In this document: positions 17,674 to 28,679 of the stretch, piece after piece
Layout: the number at the start of each line of letters is the position of its first letter
Numbering within the stretch: position 1 is the stretch's first letter
Origin: Nannocystis pusilla
GTDB lineage: Bacteria > Myxococcota_A > Polyangia > Nannocystales > Nannocystaceae
Direction: 5' to 3' (one strand)
DNA: 64,000 nt
NCBI RefSeq assembly: GCF_049337375.1
Contig: NZ_JBMPIV010000001.1
Made by a program: the position numbers and the translations under genes
Notes under the pieces: generated by a model
What the model was told of the DNA's origin: nothing
Seen by the model: the letters and a program-made list of their open reading frames with translations, nothing else
The model's database searches: none

Positions 17674-19468
17674 GTGGCGGCTCGCGTCGATGGCCGGCCT
17701 GGCTGGCCTGGCGCTGGCGGGCGCGCTGCTGGCCGCCGGGCGCGGGGCGCTGATCGAGGCGGCGGCGGTGGAGCCGTTCCGCGTCGAGGTCGCAAGCCCG
17801 CACGCGCCGGCGGCGGACGGACGCTGGTCGGGGCGCGTGGTCCCGCCGGAGCTGGCCGGGCGGGTCGTGGTGCGGGTCGACGGCGCGGTCCGCAGCGGTC
17901 CTGAAGGACATGTGCAAAAGGACATGTCCTTGGAGGCGTCGCGTGATGCGGGCGACCGCACGGCGTCCGCCGCGGGCGGCGGGGAGGTCGGCGCGGCCGG
18001 ACATGACCTCGAGAACATGGTGGAAGGGACATTTTCGGTCGCGCTGGGCGACGCGCCGGGGCTGCGGCTGATCGAGGTCGAGCTGCCGCGGCAGGGCGGC
18101 GCGGAGGTGGCGACCGACGCGGCGCTGGTCGGGCCGTTCCGCGCCCGCTACGACGACTCGCCGGGCTGCGGCGCGGGGGTGCGGGTGGCGGCGAGGGCGA
18201 TCGATCGGCTGGTGCTGCCGCCGCTGCGCGACAAGCTGCTGGCGGCGGCGCCGTCGATCGGGCTGCTCGGGCCGGGGACGACGCTCGAGGAGGCGAGCGT
18301 GACGCTGCGGGGCGACGCGCTGTGGTTCCGCGTGGCGCTGGCGGGCGAGCACCGGATCGCGGTGTCCGGCGCGCTGGAGGTGCGGGTGGCCGGGCCGCGC
18401 CAGCTCGGCGTGCGCCTGGCCTCGCTCGGGCCGGTCGAGTTCACGGGGACGCTGCGCACGCGAGCGACGCTCGGGGCGGCCGGGCTGGGGGCGATCGTGA
18501 CGGGGCCGCTGGCGCCGCTCGGGGCGCTGGCCGGCTACGCGCTGGCCGACGGCTACATCGACCGACGCGCGCGGCAGGAGGTCGAGACGCAGCTGACGGC
18601 GGCCCTGGCGGTGGCCAGCGCGATCCCGCTGATCCCCGAGCGCGCCGAGCTGATCGTCGGCGAGCCGCGCTCGCGGGCGACGCTGGCGTTCTGCGCGGTG
18701 GCCATCGAGTCGGGCGGGATCGCGGCGCACCTGTCCGTACGGCCAGATAAACCTGACCCGAAGACCAGTCAGGAGGCGAGCCGCGTGCGCACGCGGCTCG
18801 CGGCGATCCCGGGGCCGGCACGGCACGGGCTAGAGCTGCCGCCGCTGCGGCCGGTGGCGCCGACGGCCGACGCGGAGGTCGAGCTGAGCCTCGACACGGT
18901 CGCCGCGCTGCTCGACGCGTGGACCGCCAACGGGCTGCTCGGCGACCTGATGGGGCGGGCGCAGTGGGTCGAGCGGGTCGACGAGGCGCTCGGCGAGTGG
19001 ACGACGCTCGGCCTGGCGGAGATCGAGGTGCGGCTGCCGCCGTCGCTGTCCCCGGGGACAGGTGACGGCTGGGCCCTGACCGTCGCGGGGCTGCGCCTGG
19101 GGCTGACCGGCAGCGAGGGCGAGGACCCCGGCGAGGTGCTGGTGGCCGGACGCGGGTTCGTGCGTCCTCACTACGACGCGGGGCGCGGGCGGCTGGCGCT
19201 GGCGGGGACGATCGATCGCCTGCGCCTGTCGTGCGCCCGTGCAGGGGCGCTGTGGCCGTGCTTCGCCGCGCTGCTCGAGATGGGCGACGTCGAGGCGAGG
19301 CTCGATGCGCTGCTCGCCCCCGGCGCCGGGGGGCTGCCGGGGATCGAGGTGCGGGCGCTGCTGCGCGACGGCACGCGAGCGCTGCGCGACGGGGGGCTGG
19401 AGCTGGCCGATCTGGCGATCAGCTACCCGCAGCCGGGCGTGCTGCGCGTGGCGGCCGAGGTGCGCTGA
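17654..19468 (+). CDS. Hypothetical protein with an N-terminal TM segment; the reading frame passes through a 14-bp repeat element. The true start may be ATG 18017 inside the repeat.
   Basis: No recognisable Mce/MlaD domain. The frame is continuous across repeats at 17901-18040, but this could be a GC-rich frame artefact. Confidence 0.4.
   Translation: MALAEDKWRLASMAGLAGLALAGALLAAGRGALIEAAAVEPFRVEVASPHAPAADGRWSGRVVPPELAGRVVVRVDGAVRSGPEGHVQKDMSLEASRDAGDRTASAAGGGEVGAAGHDLENMVEGTFSVALGDAPGLRLIEVELPRQGGAEVATDAALVGPFRARYDDSPGCGAGVRVAARAIDRLVLPPLRDKLLAAAPSIGLLGPGTTLEEASVTLRGDALWFRVALAGEHRIAVSGALEVRVAGPRQLGVRLASLGPVEFTGTLRTRATLGAAGLGAIVTGPLAPLGALAGYALADGYIDRRARQEVETQLTAALAVASAIPLIPERAELIVGEPRSRATLAFCAVAIESGGIAAHLSVRPDKPDPKTSQEASRVRTRLAAIPGPARHGLELPPLRPVAPTADAEVELSLDTVAALLDAWTANGLLGDLMGRAQWVERVDEALGEWTTLGLAEIEVRLPPSLSPGTGDGWALTVAGLRLGLTGSEGEDPGEVLVAGRGFVRPHYDAGRGRLALAGTIDRLRLSCARAGALWPCFAALLEMGDVEARLDALLAPGAGGLPGIEVRALLRDGTRALRDGGLELADLAISYPQPGVLRVAAEVR
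17901..18040. repeat. Composite 14-bp-period repeat (two clusters separated by about 60 bp) embedded in an ORF
   Basis: ctgaag gacatgtgcaaaag gacatgtccttgga ... ggacatgacctcga gaacatggtggaag ggacattttcggtc. Confidence 0.75.
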
Positions 19469-19521
19469 GACACGGCGGAGAGGCGCGGCCAAATTGCTGA
19501 GAGCGGCGGCCGAGGCGCGCC

Positions 19522-19583
19522 GAGACATGCATGTCCGAACGGACATGTTCTATCAAACATGCTCGTTCGGACATCCGCTTCGT
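19522..19583. repeat. 14-bp-period repeat (about 4 units) immediately 3' of the HxlR gene
   Basis: gagacatgcatgtcc gaacggacatgttc tatcaaacatgctc gttcggacatccgc. Confidence 0.8.
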
Positions 19584-19586
19584 CGG

Positions 19587-19952
19587 TCAATCTTGCCGGG
19601 GCGGGTCCTTGCGGTCGAAGCGCTCGCGGGCGCGGGCGATCTCGCCGCGGTGGTCGCCGGCCCAGGCGGCGAGGGCCTGGACCGGGTCGAGCAGGGTGCG
19701 GCCGAGCTCGGTCAGCTCGTAGTCCACGCGCGGCGGGACGGAAGGGGTGACGGTGCGGGTGACGAGGCCGTCGCGCTCGAGGCCGCGCAGCGTCAGCGTC
19801 AGCATGCGCTGCGAGATGCCCTCGATCGATCGCCGCAGCTCGTTGAAGCGCAGCGGTCGGTCGCTCAGCATGCTCACCACGAGGACGCTCCACTTGTCGC
19901 CGACGCGGCTCAGGACGTCGCGCACCGCCACACAGGTCTCTTGCTGATGCAT
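19587..19952 (-). CDS. HxlR family (MarR-like winged helix) transcriptional regulator
   Basis: From ATG 19952 ([26 protein letters not shown]...). This is the C-terminal in-frame part of the ORF-track 315-aa entry and carries the conserved HxlR core. Confidence 0.8.
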   Translation of the reverse strand: MHQQETCVAVRDVLSRVGDKWSVLVVSMLSDRPLRFNELRRSIEGISQRMLTLTLRGLERDGLVTRTVTPSVPPRVDYELTELGRTLLDPVQALAAWAGDHRGEIARARERFDRKDPPRQD

Positions 19953-20038
19953 GTCGCGGCCTCGGTTCTCTTTCATAACCCAGGCCGCGAGCCGGATGAA
20001 GCCGGTCTCGCGTCTTGCTCGCGGCGACGGGCGCGCCG

Positions 20039-20374
20039 TCATCGCCGGCCAGGCTCGCCGCCCGCGTGGGAGACACCCGGCTGGCCGGCCGCCAGCATCG
20101 CCTGGACTGCGGCCGGGTCGGTGTAAGGGATGGAGGCGCCACAACCGGCGCACACGCGCAGGGACATCGGCGCGCGCAGGATGTCCGACTCCGAGGGCCG
20201 GCTGAGGAAGCCACGCTCCGGGACGTGGGCGCAGGTCTGCACGGGCTGGGCGTACCAGCCGTTGACGCCGTGCTCGAGGTTGCGCCACGGCGAGAGGAAG
20301 TAGAACTCCCGACCGTGGCAGATCGAGCACGGCGTGGTGGCGAGGGCGGACGACGGTCGGGGCGAGGAGGTCAT
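20039..20374 (-). CDS. Hypothetical Cys-rich (CxxC...CxxC, zinc-ribbon-like) protein
   Basis: Strong GC3 codon bias, CSICHG and CAGCGA pairs, and no family assignment. Confidence 0.35.
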   Translation of the reverse strand: MTSSPRPSSALATTPCSICHGREFYFLSPWRNLEHGVNGWYAQPVQTCAHVPERGFLSRPSESDILRAPMSLRVCAGCGASIPYTDPAAVQAMLAAGQPGVSHAGGEPGRR

Positions 20375-20474
20375 GTCGAGGGAGTATGCCGCGACGCCGC
20401 GGCGCAGGGTGGAGACCCTGGGTGACGGGCCGCCGGCGGGTGGAGACGATTGACGGATCCGCGCGCTCGCAGGC

Positions 20475-20519
20475 CTGTCCCGGGGGACAGCCGACTGGAG
20501 ATGTCCTTCGAGACATCTC
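20475..20519. terminator. Two adjacent perfect hairpins, CTGTCCcgggGGACAG and GAGATGTCcttcgaGACATCTC, just 3' of hipA
   Basis: Perfect 6-4-6 and 8-6-8 inverted repeats read directly from the sequence. Both use motif-family cores (GGACAG / GACATC). Confidence 0.45.
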
Positions 20520-20549
20520 GGAGCCGGGGAGCACCTGCGCGCGTTCAGG

Positions 20550-21824
20550 TCAGCGGCGGCGCGGGCGTTTGGGCGCGCTGCCGGGCAGCTCGGCCTCGGC
20601 AGTGACTGCGTCGAGGCGGCGGCCGATGTCGCTGATGATGGCAGGGGCGACCTCGACCGCGCGCGCCTCGCGAGGCCAGCGCGCGAGGGCGGCTCGCACC
20701 TCGTCGACGATCGCCCGCGCGGTCTTCTCGTCGATCGAGGCGCGACGGGCCAGCCGCAGCATGTGTTGCCAGGTCGGGCGCCGGCCCTCGCCGTCGAGCG
20801 TCATCGTGTGCTCGCCGCCGGGACCGGCGACGAAGTTGAGGTCGTAGGCGGGCGACAGGCGCCAGCCGCCCTCGCGGTCCATCAGGAAGGAGAAGTTCTT
20901 GCCGTGGTCGTCGCGGTTGTGCGCGAGCACGTTGAACACCATCTGGCGGAAGGCCCGGCGCACGTCGGGCTGCGCGCGCGTGAGGTGCATGGTGACGCGC
21001 AGCAACATGTCGTAGTCGAGGTTCGGCTCGCGGAAATCGACGTCGAGCAGACCGGCGAGGGTGTGGACGTGGATGCGCGCGCCGGCGTCGTCGCGGTCGA
21101 ACCGGCGCACGCCGAAGAAGCGCTGGCCGCTGCTGGCCACGAACAGCCGCGTGTCGGGCACCTCGAGCCCCGCGTGGCGCGCGAGGCGGGCGTAGACGTG
21201 CTCGATCGCCCCGGCGTCGCGCTGCTCGTCGCCGGTCCAGAATTTGATGAGCCACGGCTCGTGACCGGGCGGCGGCACGGCTGTCCCATAGACCATGCTG
21301 TCCCCACGGACAGCCACCAGGACCTTCGGTCGCGCCCCGCCCGGAGAGCCGCCGGCGTGCTGCAGCACCGGCAAGAGCTCCGACGGGTGGCCGCGATAGA
21401 CGTCCTCGGCGGCCGCGGCGAGCTTGTCGAGGGCGATCGAGCGATCGGCGACGGGCTCGGAGTCGGTGCACGGGTGAAAGGTCAGGGCGCCCATGGTGCG
21501 CGCGCCGAGGTGCGCCAGGCGATCGAGCGGCGACAGCTGCTCGGGCACGAGGCCGCGCTTGCGGAACAGCCGGTCCATCAGCAAGAGGCCCCAGCCGTCG
21601 GGCAAGGCGTCGGCGAACACGCCGTGCAGGCGCGCGGCGGGGGCTTTGAAGATGCCTGGCTGAAGGGCCAGCTTGAGCGGCGAGATCGAGGGACCGCGGG
21701 CCAACCAGCCCGCGGCGTATTCGAAGTAGATCGCGCGCTCGTGCAGCAGCAGGTGGCCGACGACCTCGCTGTCGTCAGGGGCGCGCTCGAGCCGGACCTC
21801 GAGCTTGCGGGTGACCGGATTCAT
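20550..21824 (-). CDS. hipA: HipA family type II toxin (Ser/Thr kinase)
   Basis: HipA N-terminal and C-terminal domains, including the catalytic region LAHNRDDHGKNFSF. Confidence 0.85.
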   Translation of the reverse strand: MNPVTRKLEVRLERAPDDSEVVGHLLLHERAIYFEYAAGWLARGPSISPLKLALQPGIFKAPAARLHGVFADALPDGWGLLLMDRLFRKRGLVPEQLSPLDRLAHLGARTMGALTFHPCTDSEPVADRSIALDKLAAAAEDVYRGHPSELLPVLQHAGGSPGGARPKVLVAVRGDSMVYGTAVPPPGHEPWLIKFWTGDEQRDAGAIEHVYARLARHAGLEVPDTRLFVASSGQRFFGVRRFDRDDAGARIHVHTLAGLLDVDFREPNLDYDMLLRVTMHLTRAQPDVRRAFRQMVFNVLAHNRDDHGKNFSFLMDREGGWRLSPAYDLNFVAGPGGEHTMTLDGEGRRPTWQHMLRLARRASIDEKTARAIVDEVRAALARWPREARAVEVAPAIISDIGRRLDAVTAEAELPGSAPKRPRRR

Positions 21825-22114
21825 CGCCGGCCTCGCTGGCGCGCCGGCGCCTGGCTGCGCTGCTCGAGCTCCGCCAGCGAGCGCGCCGGCGGGGGGGCGA
21901 ACACCGCCTCGAACTGCTCGAGGCAGCCGAGCGCGAGCGCCAGCTTGAGCAGGTTGTCGAGGGCGATCTGGCCGGTCGTCTCGAAGCGCTTGACGGTGCC
22001 GGCGCTGATGCCGGCTCGCTCGGCCAGCGTCTCGCGCTTCCAGTCGCGGGCCAGTCGCAGCGCCTTCATGCGCCCGGCCAGGCGCTGGGCGACCTCCTCG
22101 GCGGTGAACAACAC
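21821..22114 (-). CDS. hipB: HipB-like XRE-family HTH antitoxin
   Basis: A small HTH protein (ETLAERAGISAGTVKRFETTG) overlapping hipA by 4 nt (ATGA). This is the canonical hipBA arrangement. Confidence 0.8.
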   Translation of the reverse strand: MLFTAEEVAQRLAGRMKALRLARDWKRETLAERAGISAGTVKRFETTGQIALDNLLKLALALGCLEQFEAVFAPPPARSLAELEQRSQAPARQRGRR

Positions 22115-22139
22115 AAGGGGTATTATGTGCGCTTTTACG

Positions 22140-22190
22140 GCGCCCGCAACGATATTAAAGATACAATATAGTCTTTTATATCCATGGCGG
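22140..22190. promoter_or_regulatory. AT-rich promoter/operator patch upstream of hipBA containing ATATTaaagatacAATAT and TATCC half-sites
   Basis: An abrupt local AT-rich stretch (gatattaaagatacaatatagtcttttatatcc) within GC-rich DNA. It resembles HipB operator logic (TATCC-N8-GGATA in E. coli), but the match is only partial. Confidence 0.4.
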
Positions 22191-22199
22191 AGCGCGACA

Positions 22200-22231
22200 A
22201 AGCCCGCCGCCTCGAGCGAGGGGGCGGGCTT
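22200..22231 (-). terminator. Intrinsic terminator candidate for pntAB (stem AAGCCCGCC / GGCGGGCTT followed by a TTTGT tract on the minus strand)
   Basis: Perfect 9-bp stem with a 14-nt loop. It lies 19 nt after the pntB stop and is followed by a short T-tract on the transcribed strand. Confidence 0.5.
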
Positions 22232-22249
22232 GGCGGGGGCGATCGGGGC

Positions 22250-23662
22250 TCAGCCGCGGAGCTTGCCGAGCAGCGCGTCGACGTTCTTCTTGGCGTCGCC
22301 GTAGAGCATGCGGGTGTTCTCTTTGTAGAAGAGCGGGTTGTCGACGCCGGCGTAGCCGACGCCCTTGCCGCGCTTCATGACGATCACCGTCTTGGCCTTC
22401 CACACCTCGATCACGGGCATGCCGGCGATCGGGCTGGAGGGGTCGTCCTGGGCGCCGGGGTTGACGATGTCGTTGGCGCCGATGACCAGCACGAGGTCCG
22501 TGTTCGGGCAGTCGTGGTTGATCTCGTCCATCTCGAGGACGATGTCGTAGGGCACGTTGGCCTCGGCCAGCAGCACGTTCATGTGGCCGGGCAGGCGGCC
22601 CGCGACCGGGTGGATGGCGAAGCGGAAGTTGGCGCCGGCCTTGCGCAGGATCTTGGCGATCTCGGCGACCGGGTGCTGCGCCTGCGCGACCGCCATGCCG
22701 TAGCCGGGGACGACCATGATGTTGCGAGCGGAGCGCATCAGCTCGACGGTGCCGTCGAGGTCGATCTCGCGGCACTCGCCGACCGGCTGGGCCGCCGCGC
22801 CCTTCGGCGCCGGGGCGCCGCCGTCGGAGCCGAAGCCGCCGGCGATGACGCTGAGGAACGAGCGGTTCATCGCCCGGCACATGATGTACGAGAGGATCGC
22901 GCCGCTGCTGCCGACCAGCGCGCCGGTGACGATCAGGAGGTCGTTGCTCAGCATGAAGCCGGCGGCCGCGGCGGCCCAGCCGGAGTAGCTGTTGAGCATC
23001 GACACCACGACGGGCATGTCGGCGCCGCCGATGGCCATGACCATGTGCACGCCGATCACGCTGGCGATGCCGGTCATGATGAGCAGCGGGGTGAGGCCGT
23101 GGTGCGGGTCGGCCAGGAACTGGTAGCCGAGGAACACGCAGCCGAGCACCATCGCCAGGTTGAGCAGGTGGCGGCCGGGCAGGGTCAGCGGCTTGCCGCC
23201 GATGCTGCCGCGCAGCTTGAGGAAGGCGATGATCGAGCCGGTGAAGGTGATCGCGCCGATGAACACGCCGATGTAGACCTCGACGTTGTGGACCGTGTCG
23301 GCGTGGCTCGAGGCGCCGAGGTACGACGACAGGCCGACCAGCACCGCGGCGGCGCCGACGAAGCTGTGCAGCACCGCGACGAGCTCGGGCATCGCCGTCA
23401 TGGCGACGCGCGCGGCCAGGACGGCGCCGATCAGCGCGCCGGGGACGATGGCGGCGGCGAGGATGGCGAAGCCGCTGCCGCTGATGTTCATCAGCTTGTC
23501 GGCGTTCATGCCGACGGCGGTGGCGACGACCGCCAGCAGCATGCCGATGATGCCGTAGAGGTTGCCGCGACGGGCGGTGTCCTGGCGCGAGAGGCCGCCG
23601 AGGCTGAGGATGAACAGCGCGCTGGCGGCGATGTAGATGACGGTGAGGAGGCTGTACGACAT
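22250..23662 (-). CDS. pntB: NAD(P) transhydrogenase subunit beta
   Basis: Full-length PntB: a multi-TM N-terminal region and a C-terminal NADP(H)-binding domain ([11 protein letters not shown]...). Confidence 0.9.
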   Translation of the reverse strand: MSYSLLTVIYIAASALFILSLGGLSRQDTARRGNLYGIIGMLLAVVATAVGMNADKLMNISGSGFAILAAAIVPGALIGAVLAARVAMTAMPELVAVLHSFVGAAAVLVGLSSYLGASSHADTVHNVEVYIGVFIGAITFTGSIIAFLKLRGSIGGKPLTLPGRHLLNLAMVLGCVFLGYQFLADPHHGLTPLLIMTGIASVIGVHMVMAIGGADMPVVVSMLNSYSGWAAAAAGFMLSNDLLIVTGALVGSSGAILSYIMCRAMNRSFLSVIAGGFGSDGGAPAPKGAAAQPVGECREIDLDGTVELMRSARNIMVVPGYGMAVAQAQHPVAEIAKILRKAGANFRFAIHPVAGRLPGHMNVLLAEANVPYDIVLEMDEINHDCPNTDLVLVIGANDIVNPGAQDDPSSPIAGMPVIEVWKAKTVIVMKRGKGVGYAGVDNPLFYKENTRMLYGDAKKNVDALLGKLRG

Positions 23663-23680
23663 CGTGGTGGTCCCCGCCGC

Positions 23681-25279
23681 TTACTTGCGGAACATCTTCA
23701 GCATGCGCTGGGTGACGAGGAAGCCGCCGGCGACGTTGATCATCGCCAGCAAGATGGCGGCCGCGCCGAGCAGGGTCGCCGCCGAGGTCGGGGCGCCGGA
23801 GATCTGCAGCATGCCGCCGATGATGATGATGCCGCTGATCGCGTTGGTGACGCTCATCAGCGGGGTGTGCAGCGCGGGCGAGACGCTCCAGACGACCTGG
23901 TAGCCGATGAAGCAGGCCAGCACGAACACGGTGAAGTGGCTGAGGAAGCTCGACTTGTCGTCGACGCCGAGGCCGATGCCGACCAGCGCGAGGCCGGCGA
24001 GCACCAGCGGCCACGGGCTCGACTCGCCCGCTGGCGGACCGTGACCGTGGCCGTGGCTCTTCGGCGGCGGCGACGAGGGGCGCGGGGGCTCGGGGGCGGC
24101 GGCGGCCGGCGCTGCCGGTTTGGGCGCGGCCGGGGCTGCGGCGGGGGCCTGCGCGGGCGCGGCGGGCCGCGGCGGGGGCCACTTGATCTCGCCCTGGTGG
24201 GTGATGAGGCAGCCGCGCACGACCTCGTCGTTCTCGTCGATGCGGAAGCCGGCGGCCTTGCCCATGTCGTCGAGCAGGTGGCACAGGTTGGTGCCGTAGA
24301 GCTGGCTCGACTGCGCGGCCATGCGGCTCGGCAGGTCGGTGTAGCCGATGATGGTGACGCCGGCGTGGACGACCTTCTCGCCGGGCGAGGTCAGCTCGCA
24401 GTTGCCACCTGTCTCGGCGGCCAGGTCGACGATGACCGAGCCGGGCTTCATGCGCTCGACCATGTCGCGCAAGATCAGCTTGGGCGCCGGCTTGCCGGGG
24501 ATCAGCGCGGTGGTGACGATGATGTCGACCTCCTCCGCCTGGCGGCGGAACAGGTCCATCTCGGCGGCGATGAAGGCCGGGCTCATCTCCTTGGCGTAGC
24601 CGCCGACGCCGGTGCCGTCCTCGTGGAAGTCGAGCTCGAGGAACTCGGCGCCCATGCTCTCGACCTGCTCCTTGACGACGGGGCGAGTGTCGAAGGCGCG
24701 GACGATCGCACCGAGGCCGCGGCCGACGCCGATGACGGCGAGGCCGGCCACGCCGGCGCCGATGACCAGCAGCTTGGCCGGCGGGACCTTGCCGGCGGCG
24801 GTGATCTGGCCGGTGAAGAAGCGGCCGAACACGTTGGCGGCCTCGATGACGGCGCGGTAGCCCGAGATGTTGCCCATCGACGACAGGGCGTCGAGCTTCT
24901 GGGCGCGGGAGATCCGCGGCACCGCGTCCATGCCGAGCACGGTGACGCCGCGGCTGCGCAGGCGCTCGACGAGGTCGGGGTTCTGCGCCGGCCAGATGAA
25001 GCTGATGAGCACCTGGCCCTCGCGCGCGAGGTCGACCTCGAAGCTGCTCGGCGGGCGGACCTTGAGGACGATGTCGACCTGGCCCCAAAGCCCTTCGGCG
25101 TCGGCCGCGATCCCGCAACCGACGCTGGCGTAGGCGTCGTCGCCGAACTCGGCGGCCGCGCCCGCGCCAGACTCGACCACCACGGAGAAGCCCTGGCTCT
25201 GCAGGCGCTTGGCGGTGTCAGGGGTGGCAGCCACCCGGCGCTCGCCCGGGTAGATCTCCTTCGGAATGCCGATCTTCAT
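23681..25279 (-). CDS. pntA: NAD(P) transhydrogenase subunit alpha (fused alpha1/alpha2)
   Basis: ATG 25279 gives MKIGIPKE..., which matches E. coli PntA MRIGIPRE. The ORF-track codon 1 is TTG. A Pro/Ala-rich linker precedes the TM tail. Confidence 0.9.
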   Translation of the reverse strand: MKIGIPKEIYPGERRVAATPDTAKRLQSQGFSVVVESGAGAAAEFGDDAYASVGCGIAADAEGLWGQVDIVLKVRPPSSFEVDLAREGQVLISFIWPAQNPDLVERLRSRGVTVLGMDAVPRISRAQKLDALSSMGNISGYRAVIEAANVFGRFFTGQITAAGKVPPAKLLVIGAGVAGLAVIGVGRGLGAIVRAFDTRPVVKEQVESMGAEFLELDFHEDGTGVGGYAKEMSPAFIAAEMDLFRRQAEEVDIIVTTALIPGKPAPKLILRDMVERMKPGSVIVDLAAETGGNCELTSPGEKVVHAGVTIIGYTDLPSRMAAQSSQLYGTNLCHLLDDMGKAAGFRIDENDEVVRGCLITHQGEIKWPPPRPAAPAQAPAAAPAAPKPAAPAAAAPEPPRPSSPPPKSHGHGHGPPAGESSPWPLVLAGLALVGIGLGVDDKSSFLSHFTVFVLACFIGYQVVWSVSPALHTPLMSVTNAISGIIIIGGMLQISGAPTSAATLLGAAAILLAMINVAGGFLVTQRMLKMFRK

Positions 25280-25476
25280 AGCTTTGAAGGCGTGCAAGGC
25301 GGACCTGGCGAGGCCGCGGCAGCCGGCCCGAGAGATATCACGAGGTCGTTCGCGGCTCTAGCCGTTTCCTCGCAGGACTTCGGCAAATCGGGCCGCGCGG
25401 CGCCCGACCGCAGGCGTGTGAGCTTGAGCGGGCCCACGGGCGCACGACCTCGCCTCGGCGGGCGCTAGCCTCGGCC

Positions 25477-25965
25477 ATGGCCGAGCCCCTGACCCACTTC
25501 GACCCCTCCGGGGCCGCGCGCATGGTCGCCGTGACCGACAAGCCCGAGACGGCGCGTGCCGCGGTGGCCGAGGCCCGCGTGCGCATGGCCCCGGCCACGC
25601 TCGAGCGGATCCGCGAGGGCCAGATCGGCAAGGGCGACGTGCTGGCGGTGGCCCGCCTGGCCGCGATCGCGGGCGCGAAGCAGACGCCGCAGCTCATCCC
25701 GCTGTGCCACCCGGTGCGGCTGACCGGGATCGACGTCGACTTCGCGCTCGAGCCCGACCTCCCCGGCGTCCGCGCCACCGTCCGCGTCACCGCCGTCGAC
25801 CGCACCGGCCCGGAGATGGAGGCGATGACGGCGGCGGCCGCCGCGGCGCTGACGATCTACGACATGTGCAAGGCGATCGACCGGGCGATGGCGATCGAGT
25901 CGGTCTACCTGGTCGAAAAGTCAGGCGGGAAGTCGGGCGTGTGGACCCGCGGGGGCGCGCCGTGA
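25477..25965 (+). CDS. moaC: Cyclic pyranopterin monophosphate synthase MoaC
   Basis: Conserved MoaC core ([28 protein letters not shown]). Confidence 0.9.
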   Translation: MAEPLTHFDPSGAARMVAVTDKPETARAAVAEARVRMAPATLERIREGQIGKGDVLAVARLAAIAGAKQTPQLIPLCHPVRLTGIDVDFALEPDLPGVRATVRVTAVDRTGPEMEAMTAAAAAALTIYDMCKAIDRAMAIESVYLVEKSGGKSGVWTRGGAP

Positions 25966-26570
25966 GCGAGCCGCGAGTCGAGCCCTTCGCCGGGGCCGCA
26001 GGCGAGCTGCGCGGGCTGCTCGGGCGGGCGTTCTGCGACAACCCCGGGATGGTCGCCACGCTCGGCGACGAGCGCCCGCGGCGGCTGGCTCGGGCGACCC
26101 GGTTGATGGGCGGGCTGTCCGGCATGGCGCTGGCGAGCGGCACCGTCGAGGTGGTCCGCGCGGGCGGCCGCGTGGCGGCGACGAGCCTGTCCTATGGGCC
26201 AGATCAAAAGCCGCGCGGGCGAGCGCTGCTGCCGATGTACCTCGCGGGCCTCAGCACCGGCCCGCGCGCGCTGGTCCGGCTGCTGCGGCTCGACGAGTTC
26301 CTGCGCACGCACCATCCGCGCGCGCCGCACTTCTTCCTCGCGGTGCTGGGGGTGGAGCCCGAGATGCAGGGGCGCCAGCTCGGCTCGGCGCTGCTGCGCG
26401 CGCTGTCGGCCCGCGCCGACGCGGCCGGGCTGCCGTGCTACCTCGAGACCGACCGCGAGGCTGCCAAGCGCCTTTACATGCGCCACGGCTACGAGGTCGT
26501 CGGCGAGCACGACCTGACGAATCTCGGCGGGGTGCGGTTCTGGCGGATGGAGCGGCCGCCGCGTCGGTGA
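25962..26570 (+). CDS. GNAT family N-acetyltransferase
   Basis: GTG start overlapping the moaC stop. The acetyl-CoA motif region reads [13 protein letters not shown]. Confidence 0.65.
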   Translation: MSEPRVEPFAGAAGELRGLLGRAFCDNPGMVATLGDERPRRLARATRLMGGLSGMALASGTVEVVRAGGRVAATSLSYGPDQKPRGRALLPMYLAGLSTGPRALVRLLRLDEFLRTHHPRAPHFFLAVLGVEPEMQGRQLGSALLRALSARADAAGLPCYLETDREAAKRLYMRHGYEVVGEHDLTNLGGVRFWRMERPPRR

Positions 26571-26634
26571 TCGCCGGCGCTCGCCGCAATCACTCGCAGG
26601 TGATCGCGGCGCGCCGACGCGGCGATGAAGCCGG

Positions 26635-28494
<1,860 letters not shown>

Positions 28495-28616
28495 GATGAT
28501 TTCTCCTGGCGAGAGGGGGCCGTGAGAGGGAGTACCCGAGCGGGCCCCGATTGAGTCCCCGGAGGGCCTTCGAGGCGGCTCGGGCCGCGCGAGGCGCGAG
28601 CGAGCCCCATACGCGC

Positions 28617-28649
28617 GAAGGGGGCCTCGCGCTTCCGCGGGGCCCCCTT
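28617..28649. terminator. GC-rich hairpin (AAGGGGGCC ... GGCCCCCTT) between the M16 peptidase operon and glmS
   Basis: Perfect 9-bp stem. It likely terminates the peptidase operon and insulates the glmS promoter. Confidence 0.4.
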
Positions 28650-28679
28650 TGGGGTATCACGAGCCGCCGCGGCGGTCGA

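Noticed and set aside
28495-28679. glmS ribozyme upstream of glmS
   Set aside because: The 5' region contains only a simple GC hairpin. The glmS ribozyme core (P1-P4 with conserved GlcN6P pocket sequences) is not evident, and the ribozyme is not expected in this lineage.
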